From Gekko japonicus (lineage: Eukaryota), in NCBI RefSeq assembly GCF_001447785.1, contig NW_015168654.1, positions 1,748,031-1,812,030 of the forward strand: DNA of 64,000 nt, given 5' to 3'. The position numbers were made by a program, and so were the translations under genes. The notes beneath the pieces were generated by a model that was not told the origin of the DNA, searched no databases, and saw only the letters and a program-made list of their open reading frames with translations. Below, piece after piece: positions 45,301 through 58,100 of the stretch. Numbering within the stretch: position 1 is the stretch's first letter; each line of letters opens with the position of its first letter.

Positions 45301-48300
45301 CCTTTGATGGGTATTAAGTGGTGGGTCATGTCTGCAGATATTATAAGAGGCTGGCTGCTGGCATTTGAAAACCAAAAGGTTCACAGAAATCTACTGTCTA
45401 GCTTTGGCTAGCTTTGTATGGGGCCCGGAGTCACCATTTAGGGTGGAAAAGGTGGGGTAAAATATTTTAACTTGTGGGAGAGAGCATCCTTGCCAATTTG
45501 GGCCAGATTTGATGTAGTGGTTGGTGTAGTGGTTTGATATAGTGGTTAAGTGTGCGGACTCTCATGCTGGATGCTGCAAAAACAACAATTGCATCCTTTT
45601 GGAAAGATATAAGGGCCCCAGCAATTGACACCTGGTTCCGTAAATTATGGAACCACTATCTTATAGATGCAGTTACCAATAAAATGTCTTATAACTCTCG
45701 TGAATCAAACCAATTGTCATTCACAGGAAAATGGTATCCAATCTTAGACTACCTGTCTCAGCAGCAGTTTGTATCCTCTCAGTGGTCCCAATTTCATAAA
45801 TGGATCTGAAATACTGTTTATTTTTCTTTTAAGATACTTCTAATGTCTTGGTTCTGGATCTTGTCTATATGCCGTCTTTAAGCTAGTGATCTCAATGTTC
45901 AAAAATAATAGCACTAATTCAATGAAAAAAATGATCTATGGTAAATAGGAAAATCTGTATTTAAAATGTTGGACTAGAGTTAATGTTATGTCAACATAAG
46001 TTCTTAGTTTACAGTAACATGTTTGCTTTGTACTTTTTGTATTTACATTTGTAAAAACTGTTATAAATGTGCGTTGTTAATATGAATAAAAAATTATAAA
46101 TGTTCAAAAAAAGTGTGCGGACTCTAATCTGGGAAAACCGGGTTTGATTCCCCACTCCTTCACTTGCAGCTGCTGGATAACCTTGGGCAAGCCATAGTTC
46201 TGACAAGAGTTGTCCTTGAAAGGGCAGTTCTTGAAAGAGCTCTCTCAGCCCCACCTATCTTGCAGGGTGTCTGTTGTGGGGAGGGGAAAGGAAAGGAAGT
46301 TTGTAAGTTGCTCTGAGACTCCAAGAGAAGGGCGGGGTATAAATCCAATCTCCTCCTCCTCCTCCTCCTCCTCCTCCAAATGACTACATTTAGAAAACTG
46401 TCTGAGGGCAAAGGCTGACAAGAGTGGGGGATGGGGAGTGCTGGGGGCTGAGGTAAGATTGCCATTTCTGGGTGAGGAATTACCTGGAGATTTTAGGGGT
46501 GGAACCTGGGAGAGTGGAGTTTGGGGAAGGGAAGCACCTCAGCAGGATACAGTGCCATACTGTCCACATTACAAAGGAGCCATTTTCTCCACAGGAACTG
46601 ATCTCTGTCATCTGGAGACCAGTTGTAGTAATGGGAGGTCTCCAGGCCCCACCAGGTGGTTGGCAACCTTTGGCTGAAGCCTCATGGGCAGGGTGGAGGG
46701 AGATGGTTTTGGCAATCAGCTCATCTTCCTTCTGTTTCCCTTCCAGGGCAGTCGTGTTCAATAACAGAGGTTGCAAAGGAGAGGAATTGCTGGTGCGTAC
46801 TGCCACGGTCCACAGTTGCGTCCCCCCTTTCCCTGCCCTTTGCTTGTCTGTCCCCGGGTATGGTGGATGTTTGCAGTGACAGGGAAGAGGTACTTACCAT
46901 GCCCAGGGGTAATTCCATAGAAAAAGAGGTGCAGGAGCTCATTAGCATAACTTATTTGCATATGCCACACCCCCTGACATCACCGGAAGTGTTTCAGAAG
47001 GCAACACCCACCGCTCAGGCTCCACTGGACTGTTCTGGATTGCTAGCTATTGGGTGGGGGAACATGCAGATCTGTCCTCACAGAGGAGGGAGAGCTTGTA
47101 CCTGAAGGGGGGCCGGGGAGGGGGCTCTGCAACTTACCTGGCTGCTTCTTGCTCCTCGTGCCCTGGCGGGCCTTGTTGCATGTGCCCGCCCCCTGGGTTC
47201 CTTACTGCTGGAGCCCCGCTCCTGTGCGCTCCCGCAGGAAATGACCCCTGACCATGCCCCTTCCAGACTGGGCAGGTTGCTTCTCTCTGCAGAAGGGGAT
47301 GGCCTTTCATCTGTTCTCTGCCGGTGGGCTGAAGTCTCCCAGTCCTACTTCCAGGCTTTCACACCCGCTTCTCTCCCTCAGACCTACCGGGCTTTCTGTG
47401 CCAACAACACTGAGGACTTGGAGCTGGTGGTGGCCCACATCAAGAGCCAGTTCCCTCGGGCACCGCTGATGGCAGTTGGCATTTCACTGGGCGGGTGAGT
47501 TTCAGCTTGGGCAACAGTTTGTGTGGGAAGATGTACTTGCTCAAGGGAACAGGGATAATTAATAATAATGTATCGTATGGCAATGTATGTGGTATAGCCA
47601 GGAGAGCCAAAGATTGTCTGGCAGCCTTAAGTTTAGCTCTTTAGCGTTAGGCACCACTAAAGTGGCAACCTAGACTTAGTTTTTGGACTGAGAGAGCTCT
47701 GAAAGACCTGTGAAAGAGTTTGGTGTAGTGGTTAAGTGCACGGACTCTAATCTGGGAGAACCGAGTTTGATTCCGCACTCCTCCACTTGCACCTGGCTGG
47801 ATGACCTTGGGCAAGCCGTAGCTCTGATAAGAGCTGTTCTTGAAAAAGGGCAGTTTCTGTCAAGAGCTCTCTCAGCCCCACCTACCTCACAGGGTGTCTG
47901 TTGTGGGGAGGGGAAGGGAAAGGAGTTTGTAAGCCGCTCTAAGACACCTTTGGGTAGTGAAGGGCAGGGTATAAATCCAATCTCCTCTTCTTCTTCTTCT
48001 ATCAAAAAGAAACCGGCAACTAACAGTGCAATCCTAAGCAGAGTTACCCCCTCCGAAGCCCACAGTGCACTTAGAAAGGTGTAACTCTGTTTAGGATGGC
48101 ACTGCAACAGAACAAGTTGTTTCTGTGTTGGTAGCTCCGGGAGGTCTTCTGTCAAAGAATGGGACAAAGTACCTTGGGAGCAAACAAGCAACTCCCCCTT
48201 CTTTCTTTCTTGCCATCAAATCACAGCTGATTTCTGATGATCCTGTGAGGTTTTCAAGGCAAGATATGTTCAGGGGTGGTTTGCCATGAACTGCCTCGTG

Positions 48301-51300
48301 ACCCTGGACTTCTTTGGTGGACTCCCATTCAAATACCAACCAGGGCTGGCCCTGCTTTGCTTCCAAAATCTGACAAGACTGGGCTAGCCTGGACTACCCA
48401 GGTCACAGCAGAGCAGACCACCTTTCTAGGGAGCAGCTAAAATCCTAGACAGTGAACTTTTACTTCTCACACGGGATTCTTTCTCTAGTGGGCAATAAGA
48501 GCAAAATACTCAGATCCTGTCAAATGGGTAGCAGCCACAGCAGGCAGAATCAGTATGGGGGTTACAGTGTGACTCCAGGCTCTGGGTTCAAATTGGATGG
48601 TCATCTATTTCATATGACGGGGGCAAATAATGGGGGGGGGGGAGTAGCAGTTACACCAGAATAATCCCACAAAATGTAATCAACTACAGCGTGATTCAAC
48701 TGGCAAAAACTGTGTTTTAGTTTAAAGAACAGAACAGGCACACCCTGGAGGTTCTTTTAATAGATCTTTAAAATCATCAGGACCATCCAGATAAAATGTA
48801 CAAATACATCTAAGCAGCTTTTTGGGCTGTGACTACAGCATTTTCTGAGCATTTATAAGGAGGCTCAGGTCTTCAGGGATTTTGCCAGTTATAGTTACAG
48901 ACCCAAACTCCCTCCATCCACACCAGATAAAGTTGACAGTACCCCTCTATGTTCAGAGTCTCCTCCAAAAACTCTTATCCCTGTCTTACAGGCCCCCTTT
49001 TTTTTTTTTTGGTTTTCAAGGCAAAAGACATTCAGAGGTGGTTTCCCATTGCCTGCCTCTGCGTCCTGACCCAGAGCTTCCTTGGAGGTCTCCCATCCAA
49101 ATGCTAACCAGGGCTGACCCTGCTTAGTTTTTAAGAGATCAGGCTAGCTTGGGCTATCCAGGTCAGGGCCTAATAGGCCCGAGGAAAACAAATGTGCAAC
49201 TGGCCACTTAATTGGTCACTTCCCTTTCAACATCCTAGCCCCTCCCCTCAGACTTCTGTCTCAATGAACATGCTGCAGCTCCCTGATCATAATGCCTGCT
49301 GATGTGGATGACCTAGTAGCAACAGCCTGCCTGTTTGTATGCATGACGGGTACTCCTGAATGACTCAGAAGCCTGCTGTCAGCAACACCAGTGCTCCTAG
49401 CTGAACCAGCTGGAATTTCCTTGACCAGTGCTTTGTGGGGTGAGAGCATTCCCAATGCTAGCAGGGAGAAGTTGCAGGTTTTGGCAGAAACCCCCTTCCC
49501 AGTTAATTTGCGCAGCCATCCCTTGCATTTTGGCACCTCTTGAGCCACTGGTGTTGTGGCTAGAGGAGTGGACGCAGGGAAACTCAAGTTCAAATCTCCA
49601 CTTGGACACATGAAGCTCCCTTATACTGAATCAGACCACGGGTCCATCAAGGTCAGTGTTGTCTACTCAAACTGGCAGCAGCTGTCCAGGGTCTCAGGCA
49701 GGGGTCTATCACATCACCAATGACCTGGTCCTTTTAACTGGAGATGCCGGGGACTGCACCTCAGACCTTTCTGCCATAAAACATACCTGGGCCAGTCCTT
49801 CTGTCTCAGGTTAACCTCCCCCACGGGCTTGTTGTGAGGATAACAGGGGAGAACCAGGCAGTCCACGCTGAGTCCGTTGAAGGAGCTATGGGATTAAAAA
49901 TGCACTAAATAAACAGAGGTGGAAATTGCAGTGACAACAGAAGGGACTGGCTGACATTACAGTTCTTGTACACGAAAGTCTCAGGGCCTCGGCTGTCTTT
50001 CACCATCAGAATCGGCACAAAACAAACAAAGAGTGTGGCTGGTGTCTCAGGAAGGCAGCCCGCAGCTCTCACAGCTCCATGTGACTTGCTGCACCTTAGC
50101 ATCTGCTGCCCACGGGGCAAGGACGCTAGGGCTGCCGTGGGTTCAGGTGGTCCAGTTTTGCTAGGGTAGCCAAATGCAATGGGCTTGCCTTGTTAGCGCC
50201 TTTACCCTGACCTAGCCTCTTGGGTCCCCGAGTCAGGCTACTGTTGCACTGAAAACCAGCACCTAGAGTGGGGGATAGCATCAGGAAAAGGAGAGGATCA
50301 CTTAACCATCTTTGGCTCCCAGCTGCTAATGGAAAACTCTCTGGGCCCTTAAGAGAAGGTTAAGTAAGAGAAGGTCAACACCCTGACCTGGACGGTCCAG
50401 GCTAACCTGATTTTGTCAGATCATGGAAGATAAGCAGGGTCAGCCCTGGTCAGTATTTGGATGGGATCGCTACGCAGAGGCAGACAATGGCAAGCCATCT
50501 CTGAACATCTCTTGCCTTGGAAACCCCTAAAGGGTTGGCATACGTTCACTGCAACTTGACAGCACTTTCCACCACCACAACCACCACCACAGGTCACGGC
50601 GTTGCAGCCAGACTGGCAAGGCAGCTGGCAGGGGGGGGGGCACAGAGGCTGGGAGGGACAACAATCTAGAGGGGAAGGGGCACACCCAGCCGCATGCCCA
50701 ATGGCTAGCTGTTCCCATGAGGCTACTGGGGGGAGGCAGCTCCACCACCCTTCCCTCCCACTGATGCTTTACCTCCTCTCTGGCAGGATTCTGGTGCTCA
50801 ACTACCTGGGGCGGAAAGGCCGTGAGGCTGGGCTGGTGGCTGCTATGACCTTCTCTGTGACCTGGGATTCCTTTGAGACCACCCACTCGCTTGAGAGGCC
50901 CCTCAACCTGGTGCTCTTCAACCAGAGGCTCACAGCCAACTTGCGGCAGCTCATCCAACGGTGTGTTTTGGAGGGGGAGGGGGAAGAAACGCAGGACTGG
51001 ACTTGCATGGTTCAGGACAGAGGCTGTTCAGGACGGAGCTTATCAGAGGGAGGGAGAGGATATGTGGATCTCCAAAGTAAGGAGAGCCTCTCTAGATGAC
51101 CACCCCCAGAGCAAATGTGATCCTCCCTCCCTCCTGCCATGAGACCCCAAGAAAAGTCTTCCCTCCCCTCCTCCTTTCCTCCTGGCTCCCCCACTGACTT
51201 CCTATCATATTCCAGGCACAGAAAGGTGATTGCTGAGAAACTGGATGTGGATCATGTGCTGAAGGTACCATTTCCCCCAATCCCAACATCACCTTTTCCT

Positions 51301-51888
51301 TCGCCCCTTGCTCTGACCTTGCAGTGCTCTGATGCTTTCGTGTGATCTCCTTCTCTCTCTCCTTCTCTTCCTCTCCCCCCCCCACTAGGCTCGTAGCATT
51401 CGTGAGTTCGATGAGCGCTACACAGCCGTGGCCTTTGGTTACAACTCATGCGAGGAGTACTACCAAGCAGCCAGCCCGTGTCACAAAGTGCACCGCTTCC
51501 ACGTGCCAGTGTTGTGCCTTAATGCCTCCGATGACCCCTTCTCCCCTCAGCATGGTGAGTCCTGGCCGCACCCCGTCCTGCCCTCCCAGGCTGTTCTCCT
51601 CCTGGTGGAGAGCTATCTGGATTTGACTTTGTCGTTGTTGTTGTTGCAGCTATTCCTCTAGATGCTGCTCAGTGCGTGCCCACATTGGCCTTGTTGGTGA
51701 CATCCCACGGTGGCCATATAGGCTTCCTGGAGGGCCTCTTTCCACGCCATGAGAGTTACATGGACCGTGTCTTTGCCCAGTTTGTGGCCGCTGTCTTTGA
51801 GCACCAGGAAGAACTGCAGGCTGCAGTGGCAGCCGAGGGAGGCAAAGAACTTGAACGAGACCAGAGTCCTCCACTGCTGGATCAGTGA
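41997..51888 (+). CDS. ABHD1: Abhydrolase domain-containing protein 1, gene span (9 exons, 401 aa)
   Basis: Exons 72+161+186+46+113+174+49+166+239 = 1206 nt in frame. Triad motifs GISLGG, ASDDPF, GGHIGF. Synteny between CGREF1 and PREB favours ABHD1 over ABHD3. Confidence 0.92.
44034..44194 (+). CDS. ABHD1: ABHD1 exon 2
   Basis: gtacag|[38 protein letters not shown]...|gtagga. Confidence 0.92.
44523..44708 (+). CDS. ABHD1: ABHD1 exon 3
   Basis: attcag|[15 protein letters not shown]...[16 protein letters not shown]...GY|gtgaga. Confidence 0.92.
45563..46110 (+). mobile_element. 5'-truncated L1-like LINE inserted in a SINE head
   Basis: ORF2 C-terminal-like [11 protein letters not shown]...F..KW; AATAAA plus A tail; 15-bp TSD AAGTGTGCGGACTCT. 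Confidence 0.8.
46747..46792 (+). CDS. ABHD1: ABHD1 exon 4
   Basis: ttccag|[15 protein letters not shown]|gtgcgt. Confidence 0.9.
47382..47494 (+). CDS. ABHD1: ABHD1 exon 5 (nucleophile GxSxG)
   Basis: cctcag|[13 protein letters not shown]...AVGISLG|gtgagt. Confidence 0.92.
47715..48000 (+). mobile_element. Squam3-like SINE
   Basis: Full-length copy with (TTC)n tail. Confidence 0.8.
48024..48104. mobile_element. 81-bp hairpin MITE
   Basis: CAGTGCAATCCTAAGCAGAGTTAC...GTAACTCTGTTTAGGATGGCACTG. Confidence 0.7.
50787..50960 (+). CDS. ABHD1: ABHD1 exon 6
   Basis: tggcag|ILVLNYLG...[19 protein letters not shown]|gtgtgt. Confidence 0.9.
51216..51264 (+). CDS. ABHD1: ABHD1 exon 7
   Basis: ttccag|[16 protein letters not shown]|gtacca. 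Confidence 0.9.
51389..51554 (+). CDS. ABHD1: ABHD1 exon 8
   Basis: cactag|[18 protein letters not shown]...[12 protein letters not shown]|gtgagt. Confidence 0.92.
51650..51888 (+). CDS. ABHD1: ABHD1 exon 9 (terminal coding part)
   Basis: ttgcag|[28 protein letters not shown]...PLLDQ*. Confidence 0.9.
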
Positions 51889-52307
51889 GAAGACACCACT
51901 GAAGACTGGGCCAGGAGACTCCAAGCCCATCTTGCCCACCTGTGGCTTTGATCCTACACCCCCTCCCAGGTGGAAGGCTTGAATTTACCTCTAGAGAGAT
52001 GGACAGTTCACAGCCAAGACGCATGCCACCATGCTACTAACCCATCTGTCCTTGTTTCCCAGAATGATTTGTCTTACATGAAAGGCTGTGCCTTGAAAGG
52101 GTGTCCCAGTCCATCCTCACCAGCATCAGCTGCTGGCACCAGAGACTTCATGCATTTGGGGAGGAAACAGTGCGATGCTGAGTTGAATACAGAGCTATTT
52201 TTTCAGTGCCATAGAGTTATATAGTTTTTCACTTCTGAATATGAAGGAAGCTGTAGGCATCAGGACTACAGTGGCATCATTGCACCAAGGAGGGTTGTTC
52301 CTTTTTC

Positions 52308-52313
52308 ATTAAA
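52308..52313 (+). terminator. Possible ABHD1 polyadenylation signal
   Basis: ATTAAA 420 nt after the stop codon. Confidence 0.4.
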
Positions 52314-53264
52314 CTTTCCTTCTCCTTCAGTTAAAAAAGGCAACTGGCTTCAGCCAAAAAGGACTGTGTGCCAAGTTTGCAGTGTGAGTTGCTCCTAAGG
52401 GGAAAGGGTATGTACACTGAACATGTGCTGTTGAAAATATATATATACATTTCCCCATGAGGCCAAGGAGAGCCTAAAAAAAATCTCATTCCTGCACAAC
52501 CAAGTGAGCTGGTTCCTTCCAGGCAGCCAAACGCAGCACCCCACTGAAGCGTGTTCCACACTTGCACATATTTCAGCTGTGATGTCACAGTGTGATTCTT
52601 ATCGGAGATGATGGCGCACTGCTTGCTACCTACCCTGAGAAGAACCCACCGCCAGTACTCTGCCTTGTTCACAGTAAAGACGATGTCAGGAAAGCTTTCT
52701 TAACAGAAAATTTCACCATGAGGTCAGAGGCTCTGAGTGCAGACACCTCATTATAAAGCCTTGACTTTGTAAGGCTAGCTTTCAGTGGGAGAACTGCAGG
52801 TGCTTGGAATATTTAGCTGCTCTGTGCTGCTGCCTCAAGGGGTGGCAACACTGAATAGCAGCACATCACCGTTGGCTGTTCAAAATTTCACACAGCAGAT
52901 GGTGGTGAAGCAACAATTTTCACCTTCTCTGTCCTTCCTTAGATGCACTTTTAAGATCGCATAGGTGTGATATTCCCCACTTCAGTAACGGCTCACACAA
53001 ATCGGCTTTCAGACATTCATTGCTGCTGGGGACGGGTAACCCCAGCAGAGAAAGCCACAGGACTGGGGACAGCAAACATAGATTTCAACCCATCATGCAC
53101 CTCTACCTGTTTTGATTTCCTTCATATGCCAGGGCAGGGCCAAGGACACCCATAATCTTCCTGGGCATCTCCCTGAGCTGAAGGAAGGTCACCTTGGACC
53201 CTACCCCTAATCCTTAGTTGTGAGGAGGATGAAACACAAGAATGCCGCACTCTCAGGTCCAGAC

Positions 53265-53471
53265 CAGTGTTCCCTCTAAGCTGAGTTAGTGTGAGCTAGC
53301 TCACAGATCTTTAGCCTCCGGCTCACACGTTTCTGTCTCAGCTCAGGAAAGGACGGCTCCAGAGCAAACTAATTCATGCCGTAGCCTAATCGCTCGCTCA
53401 CCACTTTAATGCCAGTCGCTCACAAAGTAGAATTTCTGCTCACAAGACTCTACAGCTTAGAAGGAACACTG
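53265..53471. mobile_element. hAT MITE (CAGTGTTCCCTCTAAGCTG family)
   Basis: TIRs plus perfect 8-bp TSD GTCCAGAC. Confidence 0.88.
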
Positions 53472-54061
53472 GTCCAGACTAGCTGTGGCTCTGGAGGAAA
53501 GTACCCTTGAATACAGCTATGTAATCACTGGGGTCTCAGTGGGCACCTTTTGCAGCCAAAGGGGACTTCCACTTGGAGACAAGCTAGCTGGGTGCTTGTT
53601 GCACAAGGCGGGGGGGGGGGGGGAGGGGGGGAGGGGGACAGCGGCAATACTGCAGTGGAGTGACCCACTGGTACTGAGTGATAGGATGATCTGTGAGGCC
53701 AAAAATAAGCAATCTTTAAACTCAAGTTCTGGGTTAGTGGCTGCCCCAAGGGGTAAAAGAGGGAAACGTTCAGAAGCTGCACCTGCTGCCAGTTGAAGCA
53801 AGCGGGGGCATTCATTCTTACTTCCAGAAGTGTTAATGCAAACAGGTGCAGGTAGCTTGGAGTAGCACAAAAAAGACATATCTGAATGACTGCAGTGAGT
53901 TTCTTGAGTCCCTTGTTCGACTGGGCAGAGGCTGTCAGAACCCCGACACTGATGGCACAAGGAACGTGGGAGGGTGCATGCGACCTCCCACCCATACACT
54001 TACTTGGGACACGTGAAACCGCCTTATACTGACCCAGGCTACTGGACAGTACTGTCTAGCC

Positions 54062-54328
54062 CACCGGTCCCCAACCGTTTTGAACCTGTGGGCACCTTTC
54101 GAATTCTGACATGGCGGGCAAAGCAAGCCACAGAATGGCCGCTGCAGCTTACCTTCAGTCACTCAGTGAAGATCCTAGTGCTGCAGTAGCGGCTGCCACC
54201 AAAGCACAGCCAATCAAATCTCTAGTCGTCAATCAGAAGTCTTGCTGGGCAGAAGTCCCACCCACTTTCTAAAAACATTTTGCAGGCACCAGACAAGGTG
54301 CCCACAGGCACCACATTGGGGACCTCTG
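54062..54328. mobile_element. hAT (Charlie-like) MITE
   Basis: TIR GGTCCCCAA / TTGGGGACC; TSD GTCTAGCC / GTCTACCC; related copy near 58950-59293. Confidence 0.7.
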
Positions 54329-55057
54329 GTCTACCCTACCGAGCTATCAGAGAGTTGCCACAGCACCTGCTACTTGATCCTTTCAAGGGGAGCCGCTGGG
54401 CCTTGAACTTGGAAACGTCTGCATGCAAGGCAGGCGATCTACCACCAAGCCACAGCCCCCAACCCTTCTGCCCGCACCACCAATGGTAGAGCAGGAAGGG
54501 GCGGCTCAGCTCCACCTTTCCAAGCCCAGCAGGATGCACTGCTGTCAGTAACACCACAGCACACGCTGTAGTCATGCTGGGGCAGCTCCCCCCCTCATTC
54601 AAACGCAGCCCTGCACAAGCTCCCAAAGGAAAGGAAGAGGGCAACAGACAATCAGGGAAGAAGGCAGGGAGGAGAGATTTTGCTTCATTGTCCTGTTTAA
54701 TTGTAGCTGCGAGACTTTCTCCGTCAGATGGAATGGGACTTACCCGCTCAGAGGCTGGAATGTTTCAACCGAACAGTCAAGAAAAACGGAGGGGGTGTGT
54801 GTCCTCCCCCAGGGGATGAGACAAAGAGGGCCGAAGTTCATGCCCGGGACTCAATCCAAGCGAGGCCCTGCCCCCCGTCTCAGGGCAAGCAGCTCTCAGC
54901 CGAGCACATCTGAGCAGACGTTCAAGCAGAGTGACTCTTGTCCGGCGTTCTGAATCACTCTCCAGTCTGCGAGCCCAGGAATGGGGTCAACGCAGCCCCC
55001 CAGGGAGGCCAGAGCAGAGTCCAAGCTTTCCCAACGCTCGATCCGGCACAAGGAGGG

Positions 55058-55152
55058 CTAGAGGAATCCGGGGAAGGCCAGCTGTAGCAGCAGGACCGTG
55101 CCCACCAGCAGTCCGGCACACAAGAGCAGTACCAGCCACACCGGGAAACTCC
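55058..55152 (-). CDS. PREB: PREB exon 9 (TM anchor)
   Basis: ttccag|[30 protein letters not shown]. Confidence 0.9.
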
Positions 55153-58100
55153 CTGGAAGAGACACGAGCATTTGAGCTGCCTGTGCTGTGTGCATGCGCA
55201 TTCCCCTGCACTTTGCTCTGAAACAGGAAGGGTGGCTCCATGCCCCTCTCCCCAGGAAGACCTGCTGCCAGAAGAGCGCGCTGGCAGAGTGAAATCGCCA
55301 ACCTTGGCATCGGTGTGCTTCAGCCCTGGCACCCCCAATTTCCACCCTCCCATCCCAGGACGTACGCCGGCAGGGGATCCGGTGCAGACGGCAGCGACTG
55401 TCCACAGCCACGCTCAGCAGGGCCGCCTCGTTGTCCTTCAGCAGCTCAGGGGTCTCGGGCAGGAAGGCCACAGCGGTGACCACAATGCCATGCGCCTCCC
55501 GTACATAGTACAACCTCTGTGGGTGCAGACAAGGGTTTCTTTAGCAGAGGCTCGGCAGGGCCCCCGGGTTCCCAAGCAAGGGCTAGACCCAATACTATTA
55601 CCCCAGTGCTCTGCTGAGTCCCTGGAAGGAAAATGCATCAGATTGCCAACCTGATATTCAGTCCATAGGGACCCTGGCTTGCAAGCTTGCCCGCTGGCTA
55701 GTCCAGCCCCACGCGGCAAGCCCCCTGTGCCTGCTCCAAAAGACAGCCACCTGGGGATCTCGAAGCACAGAGGCCTCTCTACTCCTAGGAGGTCCCAGCT
55801 GGTCTGGCCCAGCCTAGGGTGTGAGCTGAAGACCATACCTGCAACGAGAAGGCAACAAAGATGGCAACGGAGCCCGTCACAGTGCCCAGACCCAGGAACG
55901 TGCCAGTGTCGCTGCAAGAGACCAAACAGACACAGTTGTGAGCTTCAGAGCCAGGCAGACAGGTGCTAAAGCAGACTGGAATTGCTTGGTGGACAATTTC
56001 TAAGGCAGACAGTGCCTCTGAGCACATGGAGAGTGCCTTTCTTTAGTCAATAATTACACCTTGNNNNNNNNNNNNNNNNNNNNNNNNNNNNNNNNNNNNN
56101 NNNNNNNNNNNNNCAGAAATAACCTACTGCCACTTACCAGCGGCACAGTTTGTTTTCTGTCCTCCTCCAACCTTTCAGGAGGAGGGGGGCACAGAAAAGA
56201 AGTGGAAGAACAGGTAGGCTTACCTGATGGAGAGGCAGGAGATGACCTCGTTGCCGCAAGGCCGGGTGAGCAAGGGCAGGAAGCTGTGCCCATCCCACTT
56301 GGTAATGTAGCAAGGGGGTGGTCGTCGCTCCCGCTTGTAAGGGATCTGCACCGTGTACAGCCGCAGAGCCTTGGCTTGGTCTTCCACTGTCCCAAACCTG
56401 CGCAAAAAGGAGAAAGCATCACAGCAAGCATAACGGAGCTCACGCAAGGCCCAAGTCACCAACCCAACCCAGCTTATTACCTGCAAGCCTGGTAGCGGTA
56501 GGCCTTATCCGGGATGCCTGGAAGGTTCTCGTTCCAGTGCAGCCCAGTCACCAACTGATCCCTCTGCCACACGCAGCATTGGAAGTCCCGGCCCACCGTC
56601 ACGACCTGCGGCGCCACAAGTGGACAGTGCTAAATACACTGTAAGGACACTCGACATCTGCCTACACAATCCCACCCGGGGCATGCAGAGGTCTGAAGTA
56701 GTGCTCAGCCCCTTTCTGCCTCTAGCCTTGCCTTTTCTGTTTTCTGCTTCCTCAAAATTTCTGCAAGACACGAATGAGATGGTAGTGCTAGAGTTACAGA
56801 CTGTCCCAGATTGCTGTACCGCCACAGGAAATGGAGATTTTTCTAAGTAAGTAAAGTGTGCCATCAAGTCACAGCCAACTCATGGTGACCCCGTGAAGTT
56901 ACACATCCTGGGTTCCAAGGCGAGAGATGAGCAGAGGGGGCTTTTGCCGTTGCCTTCCTCTGCTCAGCGGCCCCCGTCTTCCTTGTGCTCCCTCTCCCAC
57001 CCAAGTGCTGGCCCTGCTTAGCTTCTAAGCTCTGATGAGATCCAGCCTGTCAGGGCTATAAAGGATCTATGGATATTTTCCTATCCACTAAATTATCTCT
57101 GAGAGAACATTCCACCATAGGAATCCTGACACACGCGCACACATGTCTTCTTATACTGGAACTAAACAACGGCTAGGAAATTCCTAGTTATCAGACTCTG
57201 GGGCAAGGAGATTTGGAATACTGTTCCAGTCCTGAATGGTGTATGCACACAGATACAGATGGAGACTGTTAATGCCAGGCAGGGCAAAGTGGATTCTTTG
57301 ATCCTTTTTTTTTTTTTTTTAAGATTTCTCCTCTGAACACCTGGCCTGAGAAAGAGCTAGGCCTGAGAAAGAGCTAGGTGCAACTCTAAACCTTCATGTA
57401 TATTTAAACCACCTTGGCCTAAAGACAGTAAAAAAACACCCTTTGCCCTCTTTCCCCCCCAAATGCTGGGGTGCTGCTCCCTTGCTCCAGAAAGTCAAGT
57501 TGCTCCACACTATCCAAATAGAGGCAGACTCCTTAACCCAGTGAGGGCATCTGCCTTGGCTGGGGGCAGAAAGGCACATAGTTCCCACATATTCTCCCGG
57601 GCCCCTTTTGCCCATGAAAACTGCTCCTGGTTAGAAACAGGCAACTCTCTTGAAATTATAAGATTATGCATGGGAAAGAGCAGGTAGAGAAAGCGGTACT
57701 TTTCTCCCTTTCTCACAATACAAGAACTCATGGGCACTCCATGAAACTGCAGAGCGGTCGGGTTAGAATGGATAAAAGGAAGTACTTCTTCACCCAAAGA
57801 GTGATTAACACTTGGAATTCACTGCCACAGGAAGTGGTGGCGGCTACAAGCATGGACGGCTTCAAAAGGGAATTAGATAAGCATATGGAGCAGAGGTCCA
57901 TCAGTGGCTATTAGCCACAAGGTATAGATAGGGGCTCTGGGGCAAGTGATGCTCTGTCTTCTTGGTGCTTGGGGGGGGGGGGTCAACAGTGGGAAGGCTT
58001 CTAATGTCCTGGCCCCACTGGTGGACCTCCTGATGGCACCTGGTATTTCTGGCCACTGTGTGACACAGAGTGTTGGACTGGATGGGCCTTTGGCCTGGCC

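Noticed and set aside
57343-57378. 17-bp tandem duplication (similar ones near 24800 and 26725)
   Set aside because: Ordinary slippage duplications; two units without spacers, so not a CRISPR-like array.
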